A stretch of 56,459 nucleotides of DNA, filler included, from Catajapyx aquilonaris (lineage: Eukaryota), in NCBI GenBank assembly GCA_000934665.2. It is 3 parts of 3 records of this genome, joined end to end, with 100 filler letters (N's around TTAATTAATTAA, not from the genome) between each part and the next. Parts side by side here need not be neighbours in the genome. Positions count along the whole stretch, not along the records: positions 1 to 18,776 come from JYFJ02006620.1; positions 18,877 to 37,618 come from JYFJ02006621.1; 1 more part is not named here. One strand, given 5' to 3'. Of the stretch, positions 12,863 through 25,857 are shown in pieces (position 1 is the first letter of the stretch; each line of letters opens with the position of its first letter). The translations under genes were made by a program, and so were the position numbers. Under the pieces are notes generated by a model. The model was not told where the DNA came from. It searched no databases and worked only from the letters and a program-made list of their open reading frames with translations.

Positions 12863-13607
12863 AGGGACCACAGGTGTCACACCATGATCATTTCTTCATG
12901 TTATGTCATTTACACGGCCTATTTCTTAAAGAGCCAAGGTGCAGTGGGCCATCAGCACTGTATAGGGTTTACCCTATACCCAGAGACAAGAATTCTGCTG
13001 TTCCACACTTCCACTGGATTTGTCTGACTATAAGGCTGGTGGAGCTGCCAGTCCACAACTTAAGAGATGTGAATCCCTTCCCTATATTCTTTCCTTTGTC
13101 AAATTCCCACCTTTCTTTGGGAGAGTCTAGCATTACAGAAGGATGGAGGAGAAAGGGGGGGGGGGGGCTAGCAAGCAAAAGGTATATTTTGGAGTAAGGA
13201 AACTTCATTTCCTTACTCCAAAATATCATTAAAAACTAGGTAGTCACTTACCTGGTTTTTGCCTCCATGTAGGCTACTCAATATTGTTGCCAGCAATGAA
13301 TAACACCTGCTAAATATCCCTAATATGGCCATTTGCAAGATCGAGGGGCACTCCAGTGTGGCTGATCTATGTTTATTCCCTTATGATTAGTCACTGGTTC
13401 TGGATTAATGTTGATCACACAATCAGCCATGTACGTATACGTACGTTACCACTACCAACCATAACAGAGCAACTTACCATGCTTTGGAGAAGACTCATGT
13501 CATTAGCAAGTATCACTCATGGTTTGCTCCTTGTTCTCAGTGATACATGATATTCTAAGACAACCATAATATAAGGTTCAGTTTACTACATTGGATGCCT
13601 GGCTTTC

Positions 13608-13844
13608 ATTTTTTTATTTTTTAAATGCCCCATTGGGAGAATCGGCGCTCCATTAGAGGGGCCACGGATAGGGAAGGAAGGAAGCGGCTGTGGCCTATTT
13701 TACGGAAACGACCTCGGAATTGTCCTGGGGGGACCATGGAAAACCACAGAAAACCATGGTCAGAGTCGCCGGCCCCGGGATTCGAACCCAGGACCTCCCG
13801 ATTAACAGGCGGGCTCCTTATCCCCTACACCAACCTGCTTCGGT
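13608..13844 (-). mobile_element. tRNA-derived SINE, family 1, short tail type D
   Basis: Same head and core as the 4234 copy; A-rich end. Confidence 0.85.
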
Positions 13845-14505
13845 GGGTTCACTGCATTAAGTAGAATGGAATGCATCCTTTTTAGCTATTACAAGAGGGT
13901 GTAGGCTACGAAATATAGATGTGCAATCATTGATCTCAGGTGGGACCTGGTCAAACTGACTCATTGCTGGAAAATATTGCAATTCATGGCCTGGAGGGAT
14001 GGGTACATCCTAACAAGGTTAGCAGACAATATTTTTGACAACCTCTAAAAGTAATTGCTCAAGAATGGCATGGTAGTGTAGTGGTTATCACCACAGCCTT
14101 CCACCTTTGAGTTCCTGAATTTGATCACCAGGTCAGAGAGGAATTTCTCAAGTGGAAAGACTTTTCATGGGTTCTTTCCAAGCTCATATGGGCCTTCTAG
14201 AGATTCTCCCATCTCCTCCCATAATCAAAACACATCACAGTGCTGTCAGGGTATAAAAACAGATATTGAAAAGAGGATCAATTTCAGCAAATATTTTAAA
14301 ATTCCTCAGCTAGTTTTTTATGCAGAGCTTAGACAATACCTAAGATGCAGAGTTCCTTGAATGCATATGAAATACAAGGATCATAACGTACTTCTTTAAA
14401 AAGTAGCAATTTTCTTAGAAAAAGAAGAGGCCATTGGAACAAGTGCAGTGCATGAAGTGCCACTTAGATACATTCATAGTTGTCACATGGCATGTGCGAT
14501 CTGCA

Positions 14506-14755
14506 GAGGGATGTGGTGGAAAAAGGTGATAACCCACAAAAGAGACATTTTTCAGGAGAGCAAATTTAAATTTTCATTCTCTTCACAAATCATTGGGAAT
14601 GCGGGTTTTGATCTAGTCCCTGTGGCGGTATCATGCATGATACGCGAATTTGGAGCATACCAAACTGTTTGTCATGTCTTTTACATAGTTGCTAGGTGTT
14701 TATGTAAAAAAATGACAAAAATTAGGGTTATCACCTTTTTTCACCACACCCCTCA
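14506..14755. mobile_element. Mariner-like MITE
   Basis: About 30-bp imperfect TIRs GAGGG(A)TGTGGTG(G/A)AAAAAGGTGATAACCC. Confidence 0.55.
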
Positions 14756-16197
14756 TATCAATTGGCCAAGAACAGAGAATTTGCCATTTCCAATTAACTA
14801 CTTAGTAATTAACTTGCATATTAAGCAGCAAGAGTGGAATGATAATTTGACAAACAGCCCCATGAATTTAGGTGGTGCATTTGGACAAGGAAATGTAGGT
14901 TGGCCATTTAAATGCAAATTTGCAAGTATTGTGAAATTAACATTATTTTAATATAAAGTATGGGCTCTTAAATACTTTGTGCTTGTGGTGCATTAATATT
15001 TTCATTCACATTTGCATGAAGTCATATTTGACAGGTAGGACATTTTCAACAATGGTGTCACGTTTTCCAAGTTACCCCAGCATGTAGCCTACAGCACAAT
15101 AACCTGTATCATTATTAGCTTTCAAAACATGATTACTGTCTCATTTAATGACCCGAATTAAATATTAATCTGTCAGACTCACCTATTACAAACTCTTAAT
15201 TACACTGTAAAATACCACCTGAGAGTTTACTTCCTGATCACATCGTAAAAAAGAATAATTACTGGATGTAATACTCTCAATCTGAGTTCCATGTCCCTTT
15301 ACAGTACAGTACTTAAAATTCATCATATGCAATAATTTCATCATTGCATATATGCTGTGCCCATCCAGCCACCAAATGGTAAGAAGACAGATAAGGAAAT
15401 ACTTTTTGTACCCATAAATGGCATTACAGCCTAAATAAAGTAATGGCAGAGATTTAAGTGAAAGCTCATCACACCCTGCGGTGGCTAAGAATCACCTAGT
15501 AATTGCATGAACTTTCCTAAATAACACAATGTTGTACTGACCAGGTGTTGTATTGTCATAAATGATTCCCCAAATATTCTCAGATAATCATTCGACCGAA
15601 TAAGTCACTGTTTACACAAATTGTGACACTTTCCAATACAGTGTGACCTACAGCATGTAGGTAAAATATTTTATACATATATATAAATACTCAATACACT
15701 ACAACCCTAATGCAAGTCATTGTAGTCACCATAATTATGTTCTAAAAAATTTCTCCTCCATATTAGGAATTGGAACATGGGGACCAAGTTTCATAATTGC
15801 AATATACTTTCAAAACTGACTGATACACACACACAAAAACACAAGTATTAAATGAGATTTGGAAACAATGCTTAGGTTATGTATCATGGTGTGACCGATA
15901 AATGATGAAATTGCATTTTATACATAATAACACTGTTACCCCCATTTTGTACCAAAATGAATGTGTCTTTGATGAGTGCATAAGCAATACGTCACATTGA
16001 TTCCTTACAGAAAATGAACAAAAGTAGGTGAATCACAAGCACACTGGAGAATAGTGGAAAATAGCACACTTCCCCTACACAAAAATGTCGAGAGAAGTAT
16101 TTAAGTTCATGATAAGGCTGCTGAAGTGCAAGTCAGGAACCATATCATTATACTCACAACCTTGGGCTAATCAGACAGCACCACTAAAATATTATTC

Positions 16198-18261
16198 TCA
16201 GATGTTCACACCCGCTTGTGATGATGCCTTGAGTTCCAAGTACTGAAATGGCACATGTAGTGTACGGTTTTTGTGTTCCACGAGCAAATGTCCTCTTCTG
16301 GGAGATGCACCTACTACAAGTACACTATCACCCTTGAGGAGAACAACTTCTGATTTGCTTTCTTCTGGAAAGGAAGATAACACATTTTTAAAACTCTATA
16401 AACTGACCAGAGTACTAAATCATATTTTAATATTACTAACCTGGAAATGTCATTTTCATAATCCTGGTTTGTGGATAACCCATTTTAGTATTTCCAGTAA
16501 CTGTGTAAGTACGACTGGGAGGTAGTGGAGGTGGCCTTTCCTATTAGGAAAAATGCAAGCATGATTACAAACAATGCCTTATAAGCAAAATTTAAGTGGG
16601 AAAACTTTGCCTACCAAATCCAGACCAAACATGGAGCATGTCTGCTGAATGGTTTTGGAGTCACATCTCTCAAGAACTTCAGGTGGTGGTGTTCCTGCAA
16701 TGGGCTGTGGACGGGGCCGGGCAAGAGGCGCCCTTCCCGAGTTCCCACCAGACAAGTTTCCTGACACTCCAGTTATATTGGCAGTGGTAGAGGCAGTGTT
16801 AGGACAGCACAGTTCTAAACTACGTCTTAAAGTTGGCCAACGACGCCGGAGGTGCCATCCTCTCCAGATTGCTTGGATCAAAATGGCAGCTCGATGTCGT
16901 GTGTCAGCTCGAAGAAGTTCTAATTGCTGTCGAGCACCCTCACTAAACACAAAAACCCCATGGTGAGTTTTACCATTCAGAAAAATCAATAATAAGACAA
17001 TATATAATCCTACCTTAGAAATATGTGCCTTTTGCCTAGTGCCCAGGCAGTGCTGACTTGTGTAACTTTTGGTAATTCTTCCAAAGCATGTTGAAAACAC
17101 TGTAGAATAAGTGAACAATCTTCAATTGCCTTTTCTTCTGAGCGCTTTAATCTCTTGAATGGAGCCAGCATTTTGTACCGCGCATTAAAAGCTTTAAATC
17201 TCATTCGGTGTGGATAACCTAATAAAATGCATCCATTAATTTTAACACAAAACTATCAAGCAGCAAAAGAACTTACCTCCAGCCATGAGATTCACTGTCT
17301 CCAGCACTTGCAATGCTCGAATCTGTCTCATGACTGTCCCACGGTCAAACTGAGTTGGCACTTCAGATGGATTACTCCTAACACACCTAATAAAGTGTGG
17401 TTTGGCATGGACTAATGTGCGAAGAAGGTTGTCTAACCTTGTATGGAAGTCTTGCGTTAATGTTGATATGGGCTCATCCCCATTCAACCTGTAGAAAGGG
17501 GGCAGCCATTAATACACTATAGAGTAGGAGAAGTACAAAGAAAAAGTAGAAAATCATTGTATCAAAACTCACAAGTCTGTGTGTGAGGTAGGTGAAATGC
17601 GGAAGCTAATACCACGTGGCATCACCTCTTGAGAGCACAGGGCTTTGAGTTCACTCCCAAAGAGATGTGTTGCAAAGCCAAAGCTGCAGTAATGCTTATG
17701 AAAAACTGTCACCAGGTCATCAGGTACTCTATCCTTATTGGTATCTAATAAACAAAACAAAAATGAGGCAACCACATCTATTGATAATAACTTCACTGAA
17801 TCCCTAGTGCCAAAGACATACCCAGGAAATCAGAAGCATCATACACCACTCTCCCAGCAAAGTGATGTATGCCAAATGTGCGTGTGTCAGTTGGCTTAGG
17901 TTCAAAGAGGCGAGGATTGTGACGATGCTGCACACGAACCTTCTGCAGATATGACTCAGCTGTTCCTCTCAAGGAGCATTCAACATCTAGCATACTCAGT
18001 AAACCCGTTCTCTGCATAAGGAAAAAATGAAAGCTATAATAAATGTTCTGCTTCATTATACACTAACAAGGAAGTAAAGGCACTTACTAGGGAGGAGATG
18101 AGGTCAATACATGGTACATTATCAACATACTCCACTTCCACTTCACAATGGATACCTTCATCACGACATGATTCAATGCTTGATTTGAAGATGTGAGTGT
18201 TGTAAAAATGTTGCATAGTCTCCCCACATAAGTTGATACAGAGATGCTCTAGTTCACTTGG
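16198..18261 (-). CDS. d: Unconventional myosin dachs-like (class XX), 3' part. Exons 18261-18088, 18011-17822, 17744-17573, 17488-17277, 17218-17014, 16942-16615, 16540-16441, 16364-16198; upstream exons lie outside the contig
   Basis: Myosin motor motifs LEHLCINL, FGIHHFAGRVVY, PHFIRCV and GYPHR; dachs-like STLTQDFHTRLDNLLRTL; IQ motif IQAIWRGW; Pro-rich linker and SH3-like end; all introns GT-AG with consistent phases. Confidence 0.88.
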
Positions 18262-18408
18262 CTGCAGAGCAAGAGTTGCCTTGTTAGACATAGTATAAAG
18301 AGTTTACTGGTGCTGACAGGGCCCTGCAGAGCTTGTCTGAGGCCCGGGGCAGGATCATGTTAGAGGCCCCTTCTTATAACGACATAAAATGTACAAAGTC
18401 AGCCAATG

Positions 18409-18464
18409 ATCAGTTGGCTACCTACTGGCGCATCTCGAGATGCGCCAGTAGGTAGCCAACTGAT
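18409..18464. repeat. Perfect 56-bp palindrome with no loop
   Basis: ATCAGTTGGCTACCTACTGGCGCATCTC|GAGATGCGCCAGTAGGTAGCCAACTGAT. Confidence 0.95.
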
Positions 18465-18776
18465 TTCACTTGCACAAGCACAGAACAATATGCACACCCT
18501 GGAAATGCAACCAGTTGAGATGTGGAAAAGAGGAAAAGGGCTATAAATGCACACAAATAGGGTGTTGGGGGAACCGAGCTCCTACTATTGCAATGTCATG
18601 GCTCCTCTTGCACACATAGTATCTTAATTAGTTAGGGGTTTTAATGCCCGACAGGAGGCATTTATAATAATTACAATACGTAACAAAAATCTTATGTAAC
18701 AAAAATCAACATTTTTGTTCTTGGAAATTAATCGCCATTTGTATGTTCCTTAGGTCACTGGTAACTCATAATGACC

Positions 18777-18876
18777 NNNNNNNNNNNNNNNNNNNNNNNN
18801 NNNNNNNNNNNNNNNNNNNNTTAATTAATTAANNNNNNNNNNNNNNNNNNNNNNNNNNNNNNNNNNNNNNNNNNNN
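18777..18876. other. Artificial contig-joining spacer
   Basis: N44 + TTAATTAATTAA (stops in all six frames) + N44. Confidence 0.97.
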
Positions 18877-19101
18877 TGGAGAAACATTTCCTGCCCTTTT
18901 GAGATAGCTAGGTTACAAAGACAGATAAGAAGGCCCGTGCTCGAGAGGGGTAGATAAGGGAGGAGGAAAAAAACCCCAGCAGATAAGCACGGATGTGTAC
19001 ACACAGTATGCGAGTACACTACACACCTGTGCAACCGGTTGCACCCTCGCCAGGATGAAAATTTTACATCGTGGCGTCTCCATCTTATTACTCGCGACAG
19101 T

Positions 19102-19517
19102 ACACTCCACTCAAAAAACAAGTTTGGCTCTAAAAATCGGGCAAAAAATCCTGAATCCGAAGGTGAAATCCGTTTTTCACTACGCGGAACGGTAATCCCA
19201 GGGCGAGGGGTCAAAGTGGGAAAATTTAAATAGTGCGCTAGAAGCTGGCCGTCCGCCAGCGACGCCCTCGGGACCTTGGGAACTGGAATGCTGCTCCCGC
19301 CTGCCCGCGCGCTTAGTCCCATCCCAGAGAGGTGCAGCCCTCCAGTTCCTCTGTTCCCCGCGTGGTGGCGCCGCTCATTAGCAGACGACACACTTTGACA
19401 CCTCGCTCTGGGATTACCGTTCCGCGTAGCGAAAAACGAATTGCACCGTCGGATTCAGGAGTTTTTTTGCCTGATTTTTTGAGCCAAACTTGTTTTTTGA
19501 GTGGAGTGTCCCTTTAA
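19102..19517. mobile_element. MITE with about 115-bp TIRs and a Kolobok-like right end
   Basis: 19102-19218 is inverted relative to 19391-19509; the right end reads ...GTGTCCCT-TTAA. Confidence 0.6.
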
Positions 19518-19689
19518 GCCCCACTTATAAATACATGCAACCATGGACGATGGAAGGAAATCGAAAGCTCTACGTTGCAGTCAGGTGATAGCAGTAGATG
19601 TCGACTTCTTTCACGGTCTGTTTTGGAAGAACAAGTCTTTCAACACACAAGCGGTCTTCTTAGCTTCGTACAGTCTATCAGGAAAACTG

Positions 19690-20240
19690 CTCTGTAACGC
19701 CCAGAAGAGGAGCGATGAATGAGACCAGCTATTGTACTACATCAGAACAGATGAAATTTCCGAGGAAATAAGAAGGTTGTCCTGGAGGCTGACAACTGCA
19801 CAGATCAAAATAAGAACTGCATAATCCTGACTATGTTGATGTGGTGGCTGGTGAATGAGGCTCCCCACAGAGTAAAGGAAATTAAAATGAGTTTCCCAGT
19901 AGTAGGACATTCCTACATGTCACATGATCGGGCTTTCGGAGTCATTGAGAAAGCAATCTGGAAACTTGATACTATCATTTCACCAGAGCATTGCTGCAGA
20001 GACAAAAACAGTGCATCGACTGGTGAGGCATGATCAAGGGCATGACGATACTCCACATGCGGACGAAGAGACTTGGATTCTGCACGATTGGAAATCAGTG
20101 GCAGATTCATCCTGCAGAAAACCACTACCACTACGATGTGCAAAAGATTATTCATAAACCGAGGACCCGGATCTCAAGCAGTTATTAGGGCAGAAGAACA
20201 TAATTACTCGCATTTTGCCAACAATGGAGTAAGCACAATG
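19690..20240 (+). pseudogene. Degraded Sola-type (DUF7869-like) DDD transposase, catalytic part
   Basis: LEADNCTDQNKN...FPVVGHSYMSHDRAFGVIEK matches the DNCxxQNKN...GHSxMxxDxxFxxIEK pattern; frameshifts and stops. Confidence 0.7.
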
Positions 20241-20973
20241 AAGAGAGGTAAGAGGTGAAAAAAATGAAGGTGCCAAATAAATGACTGGGTGTAAGGATTT
20301 CTGAAGAAAAAAGAGAGTAACATTGAATCATTACTGACTAAGCATTTCGGACACGAGTGGAATGAAATGCCAGAACTGGCGTGGTATGTGGATAATGTGG
20401 TCAATTCCCACGGAAGTCAAAGAGGGGACAACAATACTGGATCAGACACTGTCCCGGATCCTGGTTGTGGCTGCGTGGACGAGTGTTCTACTAATTTTGT
20501 CTTGAATTTTGTGTAGAGAGCATAGGAGAAAAATGGATGAAACTGTTTTAGCCAAAACAGGCAGTGTTGTAATCATAATGTTATTTTGTATATTTGTTCG
20601 GCTCAAACCCCGAAAACGGCCATTGGGCGAAAAAAACGTCCAGACTGCATAATTCTCTGAGTCAAACCATCAATTCCGCAGAATGGATGGAGCATTCTGC
20701 ACCTCAAGTCGGCTGTAACAGACCATTTTTTTGCCCCTCTGTGGAAAAATATGCTGCTTTTCATTATTCAACTTCATTTCCCACGGGCAGGAAGGCAGAG
20801 AATACTGGAGCGGGGGTGATTTTCGCATCTGTCACTGATCTAAGCTTCCTACTCGCAAGTTTTGCACGCATGTGCTCTGTTCAGACAATTACGGATTTTT
20901 CGTCCTGTATAATTTTTGGGTGAGCTAATTTTGCATTTTTGTGTGGATATAGTTTCATTAATCAGTACATTAT

Positions 20974-21403
20974 ACCGAAGCAGCAGTAGCTGAGGGGATT
21001 TGGTATCCGGCTGCAAATCGGGAGGTCCAGGGATCAAATCCCCAGGCCGGCAACTCTGACCGTGGTTTTCTGTGGTTTCCCACGGTCACCCCCAGGTGAA
21101 TACCGGAGTTGTTTCCTAATCGTAGGCCACAGCCGCTTCCTACCTTTCCTATCCATGTCCCACACTGGAGGAGGTGCGGTGTTTGTGGGAGGTCTCTTAC
21201 CCGCACCTAGAGGGTCGTCTTTCAACCTAAGCCCTCTGGGGGACTGCACACGGCCTCCGCCATGAGACATTGCACTTGCACCACTGTCCCCCCCTCCATC
21301 CTAGCACCGGAGAGATTGAAAATGGTCGAAAAACCTCCCCCCTACATAAGCCTGAAGGCTTCAAGGGTGTAATTTAAAAAAAATATATATATAATAATAA
21401 TAA
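20974..21403 (+). mobile_element. Chimeric SINE: family 1 head/core + family 2-like core + tail B
   Basis: Family 1 sequence to about 21153; about 21188-21311 resembles the family 2 core; TSD TAATCAGTACATTAT at 20959-20973 and 21404-21418. Confidence 0.85.
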
Positions 21404-22036
21404 TAATCAGTACATTATAGGCATATTGAAAGCAGAAACCTTTGCGTATTCGTTGCAAAAGTGGCGATGTGGCTATAACCTCGGCTATAACAGACCTAGG
21501 TTACAACATACTTTTTACTGCGGTCCCTTGAAGTCTGTTATATCAGGATTCAACTGTATGCATTTTGGGACATAATCGACATCCTTACTATCCCCTTTCC
21601 ACTTAACAATAAACTGCCTTTGTTGTAGTGACGTGATGCAGTCGTTTTATAAACTGATATTGATTCTATTAACAGTGTTGTTACTCGAGGACAGCAGAAT
21701 AATTTCTCCAAAACTAATCAGTTTTTTTTTTGTTTCAAACTAATAGGCCAGGGTACATGTTCAAAATAAGTTATCCCAAAGTGTAATGTTGTGCATGGCG
21801 TAAAATGTTGTTATTTTCTCAACACTATTTTCATAGCCCTTTCGCAGATTATTTCATTGGCACATTATGGAGCACACTGTCATCTGTTTGCTTTTGACAC
21901 AGCTTCGTACAGTAAATGCGGCCTTGTGTGACCTGTCTTCGTGTTAATTCTTTTGCTGCTGTTTTGCAATGCCATCAGTTTGTTGGTTTGTTGGGTGAGC
22001 CAAAGCCTTGGCCAAAGTAGGCCTACCTAAGGTTAT

Positions 22037-22347
22037 TTTTTATTTTTTTATTTATTTTAACTTTAAGCGAGACTTTAAGTTACTCCGTAACTCCGGTGCA
22101 AGAAAACAAGGAAAATGGGGGTAAGGGTGGGCATTTTTGGGGAGGGAACATGGGAGCAAGAGCAGTGTCGGTAAATGGGTCATGTGCTGTCCCCCAGGAG
22201 GTTAGGTTGCCAGACACCTCCAAGGCGCAGGTCAGAGACCCTCCTGACGCTGACGCAGGCGAAAGGGAGCTTCCAGGCGGGGATCGAACCTGGGACCTTT
22301 CGCTTAGCAAGCCGAGACGTTACCATCTCGGTCACCACACCTTCCCC
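22037..22347 (-). mobile_element. tRNA-derived SINE, family 2
   Basis: A/B boxes (GTGACCGAGATGG, GGTTCGATCCC), A-rich tail, 12-bp TSD ACCTAAGGTTAT. Confidence 0.88.
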
Positions 22348-22779
22348 ACCTAAGGTTATCTAGACAGGAAGAGAGGGGTTTTGGACAGTGGGAAGAAATG
22401 GAAGCACTACGTTAAAATTCACAAAATGTTTGTGTCCAGCTTACTCCCCACTATATTGCACGCAGGGGTTGGTTGGATGCAGTGATGTGATTTATTTCAA
22501 ATCAATCCATTTGAAATGGAAATGCAAAATGCAAAATGGGTATCTTCCATTTTGCATTTTGTGGAGCCTCATTTCCATTTCAAATGGGTTTTTAATGCCT
22601 TTCCCATTTTAAATGCATTTTTGAAATTCAGTATGTTGAAAAAATTATATTGACCTTTGGAGTGGAGTGAATAATTTTGCCCTTTTTCACTAATGAATTC
22701 TCTCCGTCATCAACTCCTCCCCTCCTCCCCCCTCCCCCTCCTCCCACCCTAATCATCCAATCATCTAATAATTAATCTA

Positions 22780-23053
22780 TAGCCTACTACACAAGCAGTA
22801 GTACGTTGATGGTATTCATTGCAAGCAATCAGAGCAGATGGTTTTTTCAAATACCAGTTTCTACTCTTATCATTTCTCCGCTGAAAATTCATTGTGAAGA
22901 ATAATTAAATTATTCTCCACAATGAATTTTCTATTTGCCATTTCAGAGAAATTATAAGAGTAGAAACTGGTATTTAAAAAAAAAACATCTGCTCTGATTG
23001 CTTGCAATGAATACTATCAACGTAGGCTACTACTGAGCTTGTGTAGTAGGCTA
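22780..23053. mobile_element. Foldback hairpin with about 130-bp arms
   Basis: tagcctactacacaagc... versus ...gcttgtgtagtaggcta, centred near 22907. Confidence 0.8.
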
Positions 23054-24052
23054 CATGCCTACATCGCATTAAGTTGTGTAATTGAGTCATATAAACACAT
23101 GTATTTCTAAACTTTTGTTCACAGAAATCACATCTTGCACTAGTTAAATATATGATTGAGATCTATGCTATTCTCCTGTAGGATATGTAATGGCCTAAGG
23201 TGGGTATGAGGTCCAGTTAGGTCAGACTCAGTCTGTTAAGCTTAGGTTGTGTTGTACGGATATTTACTGTTTTCTTGTGCTTCGTATGTCTTATCTTTAT
23301 GTAGTTGGCAAGAAAATGTTATACACCTTTGTAAATTGATTTCTATGACAATAGAGGAATTGTAATGGACAAATATGGGGGGGACAGGCGCTGCGCGAGT
23401 TGAGCCCGAGTTTCTCTGCGATCGCTGCGCACAAAGCCTGTACTCTCCTTCACAGAACGATTCTAACTTAGTACTGTAACATCATTTCAGCGAAGTCCAC
23501 ATGGCGTCATTGAGTATAATTATACTGTACCGCATGTTTCATCATGCCAGGTTTAAAAATGTACTGTATATCTACTAATTTCTTTCTTGATCTGCAGCAC
23601 GGTCTAGAAGGATAGGTCGGGAAACTCCCCGCCATCTTGCGATCCGTTACTCAATCCCGCCGTGGCGCTGACTGGAGGTCGCCATGATGTGAACTGGATC
23701 GTGAACACATCCATATTGCGGCCATCTTGGTATACGCTATCGGTAGTAATCGGGAGGGGGGTCGCTGATAAACCTAGTAATCGGGAGGAGGGTTATGGCG
23801 AATGGAGTTGTTATGGCGAATGAACGACACGCACAGCGAGATTCCATTGTTTTTACTAGCGCCGCTGCGGGAAGGAATAACGGATCAGCCTTTTCTATTG
23901 CGCTGGGATAGAAGTGTCTAGGGGCTGATCTGCAGTGTCAAATATCAGCTGAAAGTAAAAGTGATTGTGCAGAACCTTTTATAATGAGTACCGGCATATG
24001 ATACCCGGAGCTGTAGTGACAGACAGTCAAAAAAACATGAAGAAGAGAGGAT

Positions 24053-24405
24053 TTTTATTTTATTTTATTTTTTTTACGTTACCCCGTGATAAGGCTTAGC
24101 CTTTTTAGGGGGGTGGAATACCACCATTACACTCCAATTTTCCTTTAACTTCATCACCGGTGCAAGGAGACAAGGATGTAGGGTAGGGATAGGGATTTTT
24201 GGGGAGGGAACATAGGTGCAAGTGCAAGATCTGTAAAGGGGTCATGTGCTGTTCCCCAGGAGGTTAGGTTGCCAGACACCTCCTTGGTGCAGGTCAGAGA
24301 CCCTCCCGACGCAGGTGAAAGGAAAGTTCCCCAGGCGGGGATCGAACCTGGGGCCTTTCACTCAGCAAGCCGTGACGTTACCATCACGGCCACCACACCT
24401 CCCCT
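24053..24405 (-). mobile_element. tRNA-derived SINE, family 2, tail type C
   Basis: Homologous to the 22037-22347 copy; 15-bp TSD TGAAGAAGAGAGGAT. Confidence 0.88.
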
Positions 24406-25576
24406 TGAAGAAGAGAGGATAAAAAACTCCTTTGTTCCACTTCGCGACGTACAGTACAATCTACCGATTGCACAAAGCCGAATTATCCGGAATTACCTTA
24501 CCTGCGGAGTTGCAGCGTCAGGCTTGAACTAACTTGCTCCGCAGTGCATGTGGGTGGCAGCAAATAAAAACACCATTATTGCCTGCAAACAGGTTTTTTT
24601 TTAATTAAAAAAAATCTATAGCCTACTATTTCACGTGGTGAGAAATTGCAAGGTCGTAATTGCAATGAAAAGACAATGCAGTTACAACCTTGAAATTCTC
24701 ACCCCGCGATTTCAACACTCTACCTCAGATGACTTTTTGTCTCCGACGCTTACTAACAATTATCGGCCGTGCTGATTTTATTTCCTCAATATATGCCTAT
24801 ACACAGCTCAAAAGTGGCATAGCTAAACTATGAACTAAGGACAAAAAAAGAGTAAACTTATAGGAAAACGATTGGGAAAACGCATATTTTTGTGATTTTT
24901 TGCACACATTTTGGCAATTAATATACCCTACACTTTGGAAGATACGCGTAGTATACTTATTTGATTATGCTGTAATATTCCAGAAGACCAGAACAAACCC
25001 ACGCAAATATGGAGAGAGCCTCTTGAAACTGTTCGTATGAGAAAATCATGTGTGATGTATGTGTCTAACCCGGGGATAAAACCCGCGATCTCAGAGGTGA
25101 AAGGACAGAAAGGTGGATGTCCAGAACATCTTCCTCCATTGCCATGGTACGTGCGGTACAAGGGGCACCTGTCATGATGTGCGATACAGAACCGTTACAG
25201 TACCATACACTATTGTATCGTTAAATCTTGACGTTAAATTAACGTTAAAATAGTCGTTAAATTGTCGTAACAGTCGTCATATCCTCTGGCGGGGGCCGCC
25301 TCTATAGTCAAATATTGTGGTATTGTGCTGGGACCAGTGTTTTGGAACCAGCACTGTGCTTGGGACCAGTGTTTTACACACTACTTAGGACCTTTGCATT
25401 TTCACCCCTTCAATTATAATAATACCACCAACAACAGAAGGCAATGTCAGTTAGCTTGCCAGTTAGTAACAGACTGAATAAAAATATGTTGGCGTAACAA
25501 TTTACAACATTATTTCTAAGCAATTTGGCACATCCCCCACTTAACGTACCTTAAAAATTATGCATCCCCATTGTTT

Positions 25577-25857
25577 TATTTTATTTATTATTTTACCCCG
25601 TGATAGGGCGGAGCCCTTTTAGTGAGGTGGCATACCACCGTCAGTTTTCTGTCTCTTCACACAAAGGTGGAGGCCAAGGATAGGGACGGAAGGAAGCGGC
25701 TGTGGCCTATTTTTACGGAAACGACCCCGGAATTATCCTGGGGGGACCGTGGGAAACCATAGAAAACCCCGGTCAGGGTCGCCGGCTCCGGGATTCGAAC
25801 CCAGGACCTTCCTATTACCAGGCGGACTCCATATCCACTACACCAACCTGCTTCGGT
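25577..25857 (-). mobile_element. tRNA-derived SINE, family 1, tail type C
   Basis: Family 1 head and core; 17-bp TSD ATGCATCCCCATTGTTT. Confidence 0.9.

Noticed and set aside
18821..18832. TTAATTAATTAA island within N runs, and ORFs running into the gaps
   Set aside because: Artificial six-frame stop linker
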